DNA of 45,762 nucleotides from a virus (taxonomy: Duplodnaviria; Caudoviricetes). The notes under the pieces are model-generated. The model did no database searches and was not told the DNA's origin. It worked only from the letters and a program-made list of their open reading frames with translations. Position 1 is the first letter of the stretch; every line of letters starts with the position of its first letter. The stretch is from the IMG/VR virus record IMGVR_UViG_3300021490_000003, positions 1 to 45,762 of that record. One strand, 5' to 3'. Of the stretch, positions 1 to 7,214 are shown in pieces. The position numbers and the translations under genes are program-made.

Positions 1-40
<40 letters not shown>

Positions 41-133
41 TTGAATCTTCTTAAAGGACCAAAGGCCCCAAGAAGGTGCAATTGGTCAATGACGGGAACA
101 CGTGAATTGTTATGCGTGATTCATGATACATGA

Positions 134-162
134 TTGACAAATGCCATGATATATGTTATAAT
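134..162 (+). promoter_or_regulatory. consensus sigma70 promoter
   Basis: TTGACA (134-139), 17 bp, TATAAT (157-162), with extended -10 TG. Confidence 0.9.
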
Positions 163-195
163 GAACATAAACAAAATAAATATTGGAGGCACTTT

Positions 196-435
196 ATGAA
201 CCTGACAATAAATTACTTGCTAACTGGTCCATCATGGGCTTATAGAAGATGCCGTGATGGAGAGTGGAGATGGACAAGGAAAGCCAGAGAAAGCATTCCA
301 GAACTGACAAGGATGTTCCTGGGAGATCTCCTGTACGGAAGGTCAAGTGCCTTTGCTATTAAGAACATTATGGCAAATGGGTTTAACCAAGATGGAACAG
401 TAAGAAAGGAGGCAGAAAGTGAAAGAATTCATTGA
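196..435 (+). CDS. hypothetical early protein
   Basis: GGAGG at 185 before ATG 196; the longer ORF start (130) lies upstream of the promoter. Confidence 0.7.
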   Translation: MNLTINYLLTGPSWAYRRCRDGEWRWTRKARESIPELTRMFLGDLLYGRSSAFAIKNIMANGFNQDGTVRKEAESERIH

Positions 436-715
436 GGATCTTAAGGCTCACTATCATGGTAACCATATTTTAGGAGATGGAAGTGTGTTGGAACCGGAGG
501 AATGGGAAAAGCTTGGCCGTCCATATGTATGGTACAAAGTAACAGAAAAAGAAAACGTAGAACTGTGGGAAGATACGTCTTACGGATGTCTGGCCCTGCA
601 TGACAAAGTAACTGGCAAAATATTCTTGGGAAAAGACTTTGTCTTGTTGAAGAACTATATTGGAATATCTGAGTGTTATACTGGTGGCGAGCCAAAACTC
701 TATAAAGAAGTATAG
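419..715 (+). CDS. hypothetical protein
   Basis: AAGGAGG before GTG start; operon packing. Confidence 0.75.
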   Translation: MKEFIEDLKAHYHGNHILGDGSVLEPEEWEKLGRPYVWYKVTEKENVELWEDTSYGCLALHDKVTGKIFLGKDFVLLKNYIGISECYTGGEPKLYKEV

Positions 716-729
716 AAAAAGGAGAAACT

Positions 730-1122
730 ATGAAGCTAACTATCCCAGTAACTTTATCAATATCCCCTGCAGAGGTTTCTGCTTTAGAAAAGATGGGGAT
801 TACCTTAGAATGGGAGACGGCCAGAGGAGACAAGTCTCCTAAAGCACCAAAGCCTTACTATCTCAGGAACATAACCCTTTGCCGCCTATGCGGCTCAATG
901 CACGAAGAAGTTTGGGAAATGAGAGGCAGTGGAGATTCCCTCAGAGGATATAGACTGAAGGAGCTTCCTGAGGATGTAGAAGTAAAAGAGGCACGGTACA
1001 GAGTAAATAGATGTCCACTGTGCAGAGAAACTTTAGAAAGGAAATATAAAGAAGACATAGAAGGATTAATAGACCATTTCCTGGTTCATCTAAAGAAACT
1101 AACCTGTCCTTACAAGAGATAA
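730..1122 (+). CDS. zinc-finger protein (two CxxC pairs)
   Basis: CRLC...CPLC; AGGAG RBS. Confidence 0.7.
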   Translation: MKLTIPVTLSISPAEVSALEKMGITLEWETARGDKSPKAPKPYYLRNITLCRLCGSMHEEVWEMRGSGDSLRGYRLKELPEDVEVKEARYRVNRCPLCRETLERKYKEDIEGLIDHFLVHLKKLTCPYKR

Positions 1123-1126
1123 ACAA

Positions 1127-1191
1127 AGAGCAGCCCAGAAAAAAAAACGTCTTGCCGCCTCCTCGAGATGTTAGATAGACTGGGCTGCTCT
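1127..1191 (+). ncRNA. candidate structured RNA or processing hairpin
   Basis: Perfect 12-bp outer stem AGAGCAGCCCAG/CTGGGCTGCTCT; inner 9-bp stem with two G-U pairs; loop CCGCCTCCT. Confidence 0.5.
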
Positions 1192-1199
1192 CCCTATTA

Positions 1200-1224
1200 A
1201 GAAAGTTCAATTATTGAATCTTCT
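1200..1224. repeat. dispersed 25-bp palindrome, copy 1
   Basis: AGAAAGTTCAATTATTGAATCTTCT. Confidence 0.9.
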
Positions 1225-1241
1225 TAGGAAAGGAGCAAGAA

Positions 1242-1805
1242 ATGATAATTAAAGATATAGATGGAAAAGTTCTTTATAAGTCAAAAGCTGATTCGATTAA
1301 AGAAGTTCTTGAAGAAGCTGCAAGAAACGGAATACCTCTCCGCAGAGCACAGCTTAATAATGCAGTTATTACTGGAGCATGCCTTGATGGAGCTATTCTT
1401 GAAAAAGCTTCATTCCAAAGATCTCTTCTGTATAAAGTCTCGTTTTATAAGGCACGTCTTGGCGGAGTAAATTTCTTTTTGGCCGATCTTGCCAGAGCAT
1501 CTTTCAAAGATGCCTTCTTAGTCGGAGCATATCTTCGAAATGCTAATCTTAGAAAAACAAATCTTGATGCTGAAGTTCCTCCACTTGATGACCATCAGTA
1601 TATCTCTGAAATATTATGGAGGTTTGCTCAAACAGAGCCTCAAAGAGATTTTGCAGCAAGGGTTAGAATAGAAACATATAGCTGTTGGGAACACTTTTAC
1701 CTTTTGGCCAAAAAGAAAAAGGTTTTAACCTGGGCTAAAAAAGTTTTGTCAAGATGGATTATATACAGGAAGCAAATACAATCTATAGAAAGGTTAAAAA
1801 TATGA
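1242..1805 (+). CDS. pentapeptide repeat protein
   Basis: A(D/N/S)(L/F)xx repeats (AQLNN AVITG ACLDG AILEK ASFQR ... ANLRK); AAAGGAG RBS. Confidence 0.85.
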   Translation: MIIKDIDGKVLYKSKADSIKEVLEEAARNGIPLRRAQLNNAVITGACLDGAILEKASFQRSLLYKVSFYKARLGGVNFFLADLARASFKDAFLVGAYLRNANLRKTNLDAEVPPLDDHQYISEILWRFAQTEPQRDFAARVRIETYSCWEHFYLLAKKKKVLTWAKKVLSRWIIYRKQIQSIERLKI

Positions 1806-2626
1806 AAGTAATGAAATGCAAAGGATTCAACAGTGTTGACAACGCCGTGGCTTACTTTAAGCACCACAGTTATAAGACCCTAATAGGTCAATATAAGTAT
1901 AACGGCGCCAGGGCATATTGGGTTCCTGAAGAGAAAAAATTATTTTCTTCAGGAGATAGAGAAATCTTGAGTGTTCCTCACATTGTGAAGGCCCTTCAAG
2001 AATATAAATTTCCTTTTGATGGGGAGCTGTTTCATCCTGTAATGGAGTTCAACAGAATAAACGGAGCAGTTAGAACTCTATCTCCTACAGAAGATAGCTT
2101 ACAACTTAAGTTTTATATTTTCGATCTCTGTCAGCCCCTTGTATTACAAGAGAATAGAATTCTTGCTTTGGATAGTTTTGAATTAAACAGCCCTCTTGTA
2201 AAGTGTCCCTCCTTTAACTTAAGTATACACGAGTTAAATATTCTTCTACGTGCCTCTCTTTTCAGAGGCTTCGAAGGAATTATTCTCCGAAATCCTAAGG
2301 CCTATTATAGACCTGGCTACCACGCTCACTATATGTGGAAAATAAAACCTATCTATAAAGTAGTAGTCGAGTTCATAGGCTTCGAAAAAGCCCTTCCAGG
2401 AACAGAAAGGCATCTTGACACCTTTGGATCTTTAATTTTAAGATCTCTTGAAAATGGCAGAACCTTTAAGTGTTCAGGCTTAACAGAAATGGAGAGATAT
2501 AAGCTTTGGAACAATCCTCCAGAACCAGGGACACTTATATCTGTTAAATTTGGAGCCTGGTCGCATAAGGAACCTTCAAAAAGAGTTCCTTTATATCCAA
2601 GATATGATATTATTATAAGGAGGTAA
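1802..2626 (+). CDS. ATP-dependent DNA ligase
   Basis: Motif I KYNGAR, III FDGEL, IIIa FYIFD, IV EGIILR, V KIKP, C-terminal OB fold ending YPRY; start moved to the ATGA overlap. Confidence 0.9.
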   Translation: MKVMKCKGFNSVDNAVAYFKHHSYKTLIGQYKYNGARAYWVPEEKKLFSSGDREILSVPHIVKALQEYKFPFDGELFHPVMEFNRINGAVRTLSPTEDSLQLKFYIFDLCQPLVLQENRILALDSFELNSPLVKCPSFNLSIHELNILLRASLFRGFEGIILRNPKAYYRPGYHAHYMWKIKPIYKVVVEFIGFEKALPGTERHLDTFGSLILRSLENGRTFKCSGLTEMERYKLWNNPPEPGTLISVKFGAWSHKEPSKRVPLYPRYDIIIRR

Positions 2627-2631
2627 TAAAC

Positions 2632-2880
2632 ATGGACAAGAAAAAGATGAGTCTGGCTGAGAAGATAGACTTCTTGAACAATATTTGTGACAAGTCCCTT
2701 TCTCTTTTAGCTGATTCAAGAGGCTGGTCTCTTCATTCTTACAGAGATGGAACTCCTTTTTATGGGAGTCCTTGGTTGCAGGCAGAGTCTCTTGAAAAGG
2801 TTACAGATCTTGCTATAGGAAGATTGATTGTAGATCTTGCCCTTATGAAAATAAAAGATAAAGATGAAAATAGCAAGTAG
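2632..2880 (+). CDS. hypothetical protein
   Basis: AAGGAGG RBS. Confidence 0.7.
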   Translation: MDKKKMSLAEKIDFLNNICDKSLSLLADSRGWSLHSYRDGTPFYGSPWLQAESLEKVTDLAIGRLIVDLALMKIKDKDENSK

Positions 2881-3280
2881 ATGGATAGAAGAGTCAAGTA
2901 AAATGGCTCCCGAAGAGGAGCTATATATACCAGTCTCTTCAAGAAATGATCAAAAAAGTCTAATAAAAGCCCTTCGAAAAGCCAAAGATAGATACAGCCA
3001 AATAGCCCCTGTAGAGGCATCTCAATTACTTATATCTCCCTTCTTTCATAAAGGAAAGCTATGGGTAAAGATTAAAAAGACAGCCTCTACAGGGCCGCTT
3101 ATTGGATTTAAGAAGAGGAGAGACGGAAAGCTTGAGAAAGTAGCCTTGACCTCTAATTCTGAAATAGAAAGAACTATTTTTCTAATGAAGAAGGATGGTC
3201 TTTCTAAACAAGAAATAATTGAGACTCTTCAACTAACAAAAGAAGATGTAGAAATTCTTAAGCAAAAAGGAGTATTATAA
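2864..3280 (+). CDS. hypothetical protein with C-terminal HTH-like end; paralog of 3472..3840
   Basis: IFLMKKDGLSKQEII versus IELMQRDGLSEEEII. Confidence 0.75.
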   Translation: MKIASRWIEESSKMAPEEELYIPVSSRNDQKSLIKALRKAKDRYSQIAPVEASQLLISPFFHKGKLWVKIKKTASTGPLIGFKKRRDGKLEKVALTSNSEIERTIFLMKKDGLSKQEIIETLQLTKEDVEILKQKGVL

Positions 3281-3475
3281 TAGCTACAAGAAAACAAATC
3301 CTAAAATAGAAAAAGAAACTGGAGCATATTCTTGGCTAAAGGAATACTACATTCTCTATCAGAAATACAGGATTTCTTTGAGTTGTATGCTGATGCAGCA
3401 AGCTATGGAGAATGCGAAAAGTGCCGAGAGGCAACTGGAAGAATACTTGAGATTCTAAAGGAGTATAAGATATGA
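3280..3475 (+). pseudogene. small gene with ATA start and +1 frameshift (or recoded gene)
   Basis: AAAGGAG then TAATA overlap; (M)ATRKQILK-stop at AAA TAG; the +1 frame continues RKRNWSIFLAKG...EYKI to a TGA overlapping ATG 3472. Confidence 0.5.
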
Positions 3476-3840
3476 TAGACATTGATAGTCTTCTTAAATT
3501 AAAAGAAGGCGAAAGCCTCATGATTCTTTGTCTTGACAAAAGACATGCAAATGCTGTTAAGCAAAGATATTGGAGAGGCTTGAAGAAAGCCTCCTTAGGC
3601 CATAAGTTTGTTCTTTCTATAAAGACTTATGAGTTTAACCTATATGTTTGTATCACAAAGATAGAGTCTCATACCTTTATACAAACAAAAAACGGAAAGA
3701 TAAAAGACCTTATCTCTCCTGGAGATCGCAGGAGGATAGAGCTTATGCAAAGAGATGGCCTTTCTGAAGAAGAGATTATATCTTCCTTTCCTGAAGATAG
3801 AAGAGAAGGAATAAAGGAATATCTTGAAAATATTTGTTGA
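3472..3840 (+). CDS. hypothetical protein; paralog of 2864..3280
   Basis: AAAGGAG RBS; shared C-terminal motif. Confidence 0.75.
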   Translation: MIDIDSLLKLKEGESLMILCLDKRHANAVKQRYWRGLKKASLGHKFVLSIKTYEFNLYVCITKIESHTFIQTKNGKIKDLISPGDRRRIELMQRDGLSEEEIISSFPEDRREGIKEYLENIC

Positions 3841-3865
3841 CAACTTCGTGATTGTATGTTATACA
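3837..3865 (+). promoter_or_regulatory. sigma70-like promoter
   Basis: TTGACA, 17 bp, TATACA, with extended -10 TG. Confidence 0.7.
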
Positions 3866-3872
3866 TATGATC

Positions 3873-4049
3873 ATGCGGTCACCAAAAGAACACTTACATA
3901 TTTTAATTACCAGGGAGACTAAAAGCCTCCTAAGATTAAAATCGGCTGTAACAGGCACTCCTATAGGAATTCTTGTGGAGAGTGCCATAAAATCTTACAT
4001 AGAGAAAGGAGAACCATATGGCAAAAAGAAAGTTAGAAAAAACGATTGA
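3873..4049 (+). CDS. ribbon-helix-helix-type DNA-binding protein, probably leaderless
   Basis: Alternating strand HLHILI, then two helices (TKSLLRLKSAVTG / IGILVESAIKSYIEK); ATG 7 nt after the -10 box. Confidence 0.6.
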   Translation: MRSPKEHLHILITRETKSLLRLKSAVTGTPIGILVESAIKSYIEKGEPYGKKKVRKND

Positions 4050-4374
4050 TGGTAAGATTGTAAAGGTAAAGGAACTGGAAACTGGCGAGACCAGGGAATA
4101 TGACTTTACAAAGCTCCCAGCAGACATCCAGGAAAAATTCGGCCCCTTTGGCCTCGGCCACAAGATAGGCGACGCCGCTGCTGGGAAGAGCGGCAATGTT
4201 GCTCTGGAGGCTATGGACAAAGTCTGGGAAGGCCTCATGGCAGGTAACTGGGCAGTCAGAGCGCCAGCGGCTCCGAAGGTCACCAAGAAGCAGCTCTTGG
4301 AGAATCTGGAAAAGCTCTCTCCAAAGGAGCAGAATGTGGCCAGGGGACTCTTGGAAAAGCTGGGGATTATTTAA
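4018..4374 (+). CDS. conserved hypothetical protein; paralog of 45048..45464
   Basis: AAAGGAG RBS; IQEKFGPFGLGHKIGDAAAG versus IQKMVIKNGIAQKLGDSVAR. Confidence 0.85.
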   Translation: MAKRKLEKTIDGKIVKVKELETGETREYDFTKLPADIQEKFGPFGLGHKIGDAAAGKSGNVALEAMDKVWEGLMAGNWAVRAPAAPKVTKKQLLENLEKLSPKEQNVARGLLEKLGII

Positions 4375-4385
4375 CAACCTTAACA

Positions 4386-4485
4386 GGCTGGGTAAGTCAC
4401 GAGCCGCCTCTTAGTCAGGCATTGATATAGCTTAGATTTGAGATCTGCCACCCTCCATATCTAAGTCTATCTGGCTTATCCAGCC
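4386..4485 (+). ncRNA. candidate multi-stem structured RNA
   Basis: Outer stem GGCTGGGTAAGTCA/TGGCTTATCCAGCC (with G-U); GCCT/AGGC hairpin; ATAGCTTAGAT/ATCTAAGTCTAT stem with C-rich loop. Confidence 0.5.
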
Positions 4486-4507
4486 ATTTCTATGTCAAGG
4501 AGATAAA

Positions 4508-5500
4508 ATGATAGAACTTGACAACACCTATCGAAGTGCGTTTGTGTCCTGCAAGCGCAAATATTATTTATCAAGAATACTTAGCCTCACTCCCGCACAA
4601 GGGTCTTGTGCTATCAGATATGGCTCAACCTTTCATGCTCTCTTAGAGGGCTATTATTCTTGGATAAAAGAGAAAGGTTGGGATCAAAGAGAAGAAGCTA
4701 TTAAACGGGCTTTCTCCTTTGGAGAGGCTGTTTGGAAGAATGAAAGCAGCAAGAAGTCTTTTCCAGAGGATGACTACCGCTCTCTTCAAAATGCCTTTGA
4801 GGCTTTTGTAGCTTACTGTACAGAGTATTCCTTTGATAAGGACCTCTTAGAGGTAGTAGAAACTGAAAGAGCTTTCAAGATAAAAATGGAAATCTCTCCT
4901 AAAGAAAAGAGGAGATTTCCCCTCCTTAAAGGAGAAGAGATCTATTTCACAGGCATTCTGGATATGCAAGTAAGGATGTCCGAGCTTCCATATATAATGG
5001 AGCACAAGACTACATCACAGAGCCTTTCCATCCAAGTTGGAAGATTACACAGATCTCCTCAAATCTTAGGATATACCTACGCAGGAAAGGCTATTCCTCA
5101 GCTAAGAGCCATAGGCTGTATTGTTAATCTTCATCAAATCTCTTCCAGAAAGAAGAACGATGGAACCTGGGGAAAGCTGAATATTAGCTTCCAAAGGTCT
5201 CCAGAAATCTTCTCTGATAGGGATCTTAACCTATGGAGAGAAAGTTTCCTATCCACCTGTAATGAAATCCTCTTAGCCCAAGAGACTAACAACTGGCCAA
5301 TGGAGTTCAGCAGCTGTTATTCTTTCGGAAGGTGCAGATATTGCGATCTTTGCGAAAGGGATATTTCCCTTAAGGAACTAACAGAGGATGTTAGTCAAGA
5401 TATTCTTCCCGAGGGGTATATAAAGGATAGGACTAACATCTTTGAGATAAGCACCTCTGGCCTCGTGGCTAAGAAGGAGAGAGAAAATGCCATCAGCTAA
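4508..5500 (+). CDS. PD-(D/E)XK exonuclease (RecB/Cas4-like) with Cys cluster
   Basis: GSTFH, VETE, GILD, MEHKT; N-terminal Cys plus CxxxxxCxxCxxC. Confidence 0.85.
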   Translation: MIELDNTYRSAFVSCKRKYYLSRILSLTPAQGSCAIRYGSTFHALLEGYYSWIKEKGWDQREEAIKRAFSFGEAVWKNESSKKSFPEDDYRSLQNAFEAFVAYCTEYSFDKDLLEVVETERAFKIKMEISPKEKRRFPLLKGEEIYFTGILDMQVRMSELPYIMEHKTTSQSLSIQVGRLHRSPQILGYTYAGKAIPQLRAIGCIVNLHQISSRKKNDGTWGKLNISFQRSPEIFSDRDLNLWRESFLSTCNEILLAQETNNWPMEFSSCYSFGRCRYCDLCERDISLKELTEDVSQDILPEGYIKDRTNIFEISTSGLVAKKERENAIS

Positions 5501-6215
5501 GAATGTCAGCCCAGAAACAGAGTTTTTCAAAGCTATGGTAGTTGGATCTTATGGAACTGGAAAGTCCATCTTTGCAGCCTCGTGTCCAACTCCAGGCTTT
5601 GTGTTTGACTTTGATGAAGGAATTATCTCTTATAGAGGTAAGGACTTCGATTATGAACAGTATTCCAGGGACTGGAAAGGCTGGGTCAAGTTTGAGAAGG
5701 ATCTTCTTAACCTTATCAAGGATGCAGAAGGAGGAAAATATAGGACTGTCATTGTGGATTCAACCTCTACAATGACAGATCTTGCAATGGAGCGAGCCTT
5801 GGTCCTTGACCCCAAGAGAAGTGCCACAGGTGGCCCAGTTTGGAATGTTCACTATATGATGGTAAGGCACATGATGGAAGGAAAACTAAGGCAAATAGTG
5901 GGCCTTCCTTGTAATGTTATCGTTATCTCTCATATAGACATTGCGAGAGACGAAGACACTGGTGCTATAGTGGATATAACGCCTCTGTTGACAGGCCAGT
6001 TAAGAGAAAAGATCCCTGGTCTCTTTCAAGAGGTCTATTATGCTACTACTAAGAGAACAGGCCAGAAAACGGAATGGCTCCTTCAAACTGTTCCAATTGG
6101 CTTTAAGAAAGCCAGGTCAAGGTTATCTGGAAAAGATCATTTCTTACCAGACTTCATACCAAATGATTATAATGAAGTAATGAAACATCTAAAAAGAAGA
6201 AATAAGAAGAAATAA
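5487..6215 (+). CDS. AAA_24 / Sak4-like ATPase (single-strand annealing)
   Basis: Walker A GSYGTGKS, Walker B VIVDS, ISH, KARSR; lies between exonuclease and SSB-like gene. Confidence 0.8.
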   Translation: MPSAKNVSPETEFFKAMVVGSYGTGKSIFAASCPTPGFVFDFDEGIISYRGKDFDYEQYSRDWKGWVKFEKDLLNLIKDAEGGKYRTVIVDSTSTMTDLAMERALVLDPKRSATGGPVWNVHYMMVRHMMEGKLRQIVGLPCNVIVISHIDIARDEDTGAIVDITPLLTGQLREKIPGLFQEVYYATTKRTGQKTEWLLQTVPIGFKKARSRLSGKDHFLPDFIPNDYNEVMKHLKRRNKKK

Positions 6216-6239
6216 CAACAAAGAAAGGAGAAAGAAACT

Positions 6240-6758
6240 ATGGCAAAGAAAAAAGCACAAGAAGAAGAAATTCAAGAACAAGCTTATTATCCTGATGGTG
6301 TAGATGACTCTTTCGGAATCTCTGAGGACTTTAATATAGACGATGAATATAGGCCGGCTCCGCTGATTCCAGCTGGAGTCTATCATGCTTATATTACAGA
6401 CGTCCAGTTCGACGCCGGTGACCAGACCATTGTCTGGACCTTTACCCTTAATGGTAATGGAGGGGTAATGTCAGATGGAGAAACTGCTATTGATGGAAGC
6501 CAGATAACCTATAGAAACTGGCTTCCAAAGCCAGGAGATGAGAATGAACTGACCAAAAAAGGAAATATGACAAAGCGCCAGGCAAAAATCAACATGCTTC
6601 ATGATTTTGCCAAGATCATGGGCGTAAATCTCTCTACTCCTGCCGCCATTGCAGAAGGCATTGCAAATGCTTCTTGGATAGGAATTGAGAAGGATCTCAA
6701 GATTGGAGTCAGAACCTATGAAGGAAGGAACTTTAACGATATAGAGAGAATAATTTAA
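6240..6758 (+). CDS. DUF669-like ssDNA-binding protein
   Basis: PLIPAGVYHAYI motif and YEGRNFNDI end; context next to Sak4. Confidence 0.65.
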   Translation: MAKKKAQEEEIQEQAYYPDGVDDSFGISEDFNIDDEYRPAPLIPAGVYHAYITDVQFDAGDQTIVWTFTLNGNGGVMSDGETAIDGSQITYRNWLPKPGDENELTKKGNMTKRQAKINMLHDFAKIMGVNLSTPAAIAEGIANASWIGIEKDLKIGVRTYEGRNFNDIERII

Positions 6759-6769
6759 TCCTTCCTTAA

Positions 6770-6991
6770 ATGAAGTTCCACCAGTTATATAATAACTTTT
6801 TAGAGCTCTCTCCTCTTGAAAGAGAAGCCTTTGTAAGGAAATATCGAGAGGAGAGGGCTCGTGATCTTGAAAGATCTTCTAAGGGGAAAAAGACTTCCCC
6901 TGTTTCCTTGACAGAAGAAGAAAAAGCCTTGTTAAAAACTCTTGGAATCAACAAAAAAGACCTCTTATCCTTAAAGGAGCTATTATCATGA
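6770..6991 (+). CDS. hypothetical protein
   Basis: ORF in operon with ATGA overlap to the next gene. Confidence 0.65.
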   Translation: MKFHQLYNNFLELSPLEREAFVRKYREERARDLERSSKGKKTSPVSLTEEEKALLKTLGINKKDLLSLKELLS

Positions 6992-7203
6992 AGCCAACTA
7001 ACAGTAAAATTAATGTTAACCTCAAGAACCTTGAAACTGTAAAATGTCCAAGCTGTGGTAAAGAATTCTTTACTACTGTTTGGCATTTAAAGAAAATACC
7101 TGCCCTGGTCTCTAAGTCTGGTAGAGACGAAATCTTTCCTGTAGCGGGATTTCAGTGTGTTAACTGTGGAGTTGTCTTTTGTTTAACCGAGAACATTCAA
7201 TAA
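6988..7203 (+). CDS. zinc-ribbon protein
   Basis: CPSCG...CVNCG; AAGGAG RBS; stop codon lies inside palindrome copy 2. Confidence 0.75.
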   Translation: MKPTNSKINVNLKNLETVKCPSCGKEFFTTVWHLKKIPALVSKSGRDEIFPVAGFQCVNCGVVFCLTENIQ

Positions 7204-7214
7204 TTGAACCTTCT
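7190..7214. repeat. dispersed 25-bp palindrome, copy 2
   Basis: AGAACATTCAATAATTGAACCTTCT. Confidence 0.9.

Noticed and set aside
130-195. N-terminal extension of the first ORF
   Set aside because: It overlaps the consensus promoter; the RBS supports ATG 196.
4386-4485. tRNA or hammerhead ribozyme
   Set aside because: No cloverleaf or TTCRA loop, and no CUGAnGA/GAAA core.
4508-5500. Cas4 as part of a CRISPR system
   Set aside because: The exonuclease-Sak4-SSB context is a standard phage recombination module.
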